From positions 548,095 through 612,094 of the forward strand of contig CAYVOI010000001.1 of the NCBI GenBank assembly GCA_964453605.1: 64,000 nt of DNA, read 5' to 3'. The first letter of the stretch is position 1. Each line of letters starts with the position of its first letter. Positions 63,383 through 64,000 of this stretch are shown one piece after another. The stretch comes from an uncultured Gammaproteobacteria bacterium (GTDB lineage: Bacteria; Patescibacteriota; Patescibacteriia; Veblenbacterales; UBA10138). The notes below the pieces were generated by a model, which was not told the DNA's origin, did not search any database, and saw nothing but the letters and a program-made list of their open reading frames with translations. Position numbers and translations under genes: made by a program.

Positions 63383-64000
63383 CTACTTCTTCGCCTTAGC
63401 GGCCCCGGGGTTCGACCAGTAGTTCCAGTCCACAATGAGAGGGCTGGCTACAAAGATAGACGAGTACGTACCGATAGCAATACCGACCAAGAGCGCTAAC
63501 GTGAAGTGTTTAATGGTATCACCACCAAACAGGTAGAGCGCGGTCAGCACGAGGAGGGTGGTGAACGAGGTGTTGATAGAGCGAACAATAGTTTGGTTAA
63601 CGCTCTGGTTTACTACTTCCTCAAAGCTCCCGCTGGTCCCCCGGAACAAGTTCTCGCGCGTGCGGTCGAACACCACAATGGTATCGTGCACCGAAAAACC
63701 TAAGACGGTGAGTACGGCAGAAACAAACAGTGCATCCACCTCCACGCCGTAGAAGTGCCCCAGCGCGCTGAACACGCCAATAGTTATGAGCACGTCGTGG
63801 ATTAATGCCACCACCGCCACGACGCCGTACTTCCACGACGCCACCGGCCGTGACACTTTCCGGAAGGCCCACGCAATGTAAGAGACAATGAAGAACAGGG
63901 CTAGCGCAATGGACCACAGCGAGCGCGACTTGAGCTCGGCGCCAATAACTGGCCCCACAGACTCAAACCTAAGTTCACTTACCTCTCCCCCGCCACTGGC
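63383..64000 (-). CDS. secF: Protein-export membrane protein SecF, 5'-partial (the frame is open to the window end).
   Basis: ...RFESVGPVIGAELKSRSLWSIALALFFIVSYIAWAFR...FSVHDTIVVFDRTRENL... is the SecD/SecF C-terminal TM bundle. There is no stop between 63958 and 64000 in frame. Confidence 0.8.
   Translation of the reverse strand, partial: ASGGGEVSELRFESVGPVIGAELKSRSLWSIALALFFIVSYIAWAFRKVSRPVASWKYGVVAVVALIHDVLITIGVFSALGHFYGVEVDALFVSAVLTVLGFSVHDTIVVFDRTRENLFRGTSGSFEEVVNQSVNQTIVRSINTSFTTLLVLTALYLFGGDTIKHFTLALLVGIAIGTYSSIFVASPLIVDWNYWSNPGAAKAKK

Noticed and set aside
1-64000. Search for CRISPR arrays, rRNA and tRNA genes.
   Set aside because: No regularly spaced direct repeats of 25-40 nt with unique spacers were seen. 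The tandem repeats present are all intragenic coding repeats. No rRNA-like conserved blocks or convincing tRNA cloverleaf or T-arm (GGTTCGAATCC-like) motifs were found in the intergenic regions inspected (6474-6921, 8573-8774, 12764-12927, 36901-37357, 39875-40140).

Overview
The window is a high-GC (~55-60%) bacterial chromosomal segment and is densely coding. Several genes together suggest a Candidate Phyla Radiation (CPR, Patescibacteria)-like organism with a Gram-positive-style envelope. These are an archaeal-type AMP phosphorylase plus ribose-1,5-bisphosphate isomerase pair, a short AlaRS, ribosomal proteins with basic N-terminal extensions, an rpoA lacking the alpha-CTD, and a sortase homologue next to an LPXTG protein. 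This taxonomic placement is inference only.

Main blocks, in order:
- 1-8.6 kb: the 3'-part of an M23 peptidase gene, a pseudo-receiver protein, a Xer-type tyrosine recombinase, a small RGG/zinc-ribbon protein, a glycan locus (two GT4 glycosyltransferases and a Wzx-like flippase) and an OmpR-type two-component pair.
- 8.8-16.6 kb: the conserved infA-rpmJ-rpsM-rpsK-rpsD-rpoA-rplQ-rplM-rpsI block, a hypothetical membrane protein, alaS and mnmA.
- 16.6-53.7 kb: about 37 kb devoted to cell-surface and attachment functions.
  - A sortase-fold protein has Ser in place of the catalytic Cys.
  - A 1428-aa LPRTG-anchored giant and its 1491-aa paralogue (anchored instead by a peptidoglycan-binding domain) each carry a (Gly)13-14 linker.
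  - A 3373-aa adhesin carries about 25 tandem Ig-like domains.
  - A 713-aa collagen-like Gly-X-Y protein follows.
  - A PaaX-like regulator is flanked by 30-34-bp palindromes.
  - A type IV pilus cluster comprises a PilX-N/FN3 823-aa protein, three prepilin-like genes, pilC and pilB.
  - A CAP-domain protein and another 1391-aa secreted giant end the region.
- 53.8-64 kb: a single minus-strand operon-like run. It comprises secF (partial), a sigma-70-region-4/HARE-HTH protein, a membrane protein, a TraD/VirD4-like P-loop ATPase with a C-terminal zinc ribbon, the ribose-1,5-bisphosphate isomerase, the AMP phosphorylase, an EamA transporter, a membrane protein, a 3Fe-4S ferredoxin and an SPFH protein.

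I found no CRISPR array, rRNA or convincing tRNA. Coordinates for non-ORF features were counted by hand and may be off by 1-2 nt.
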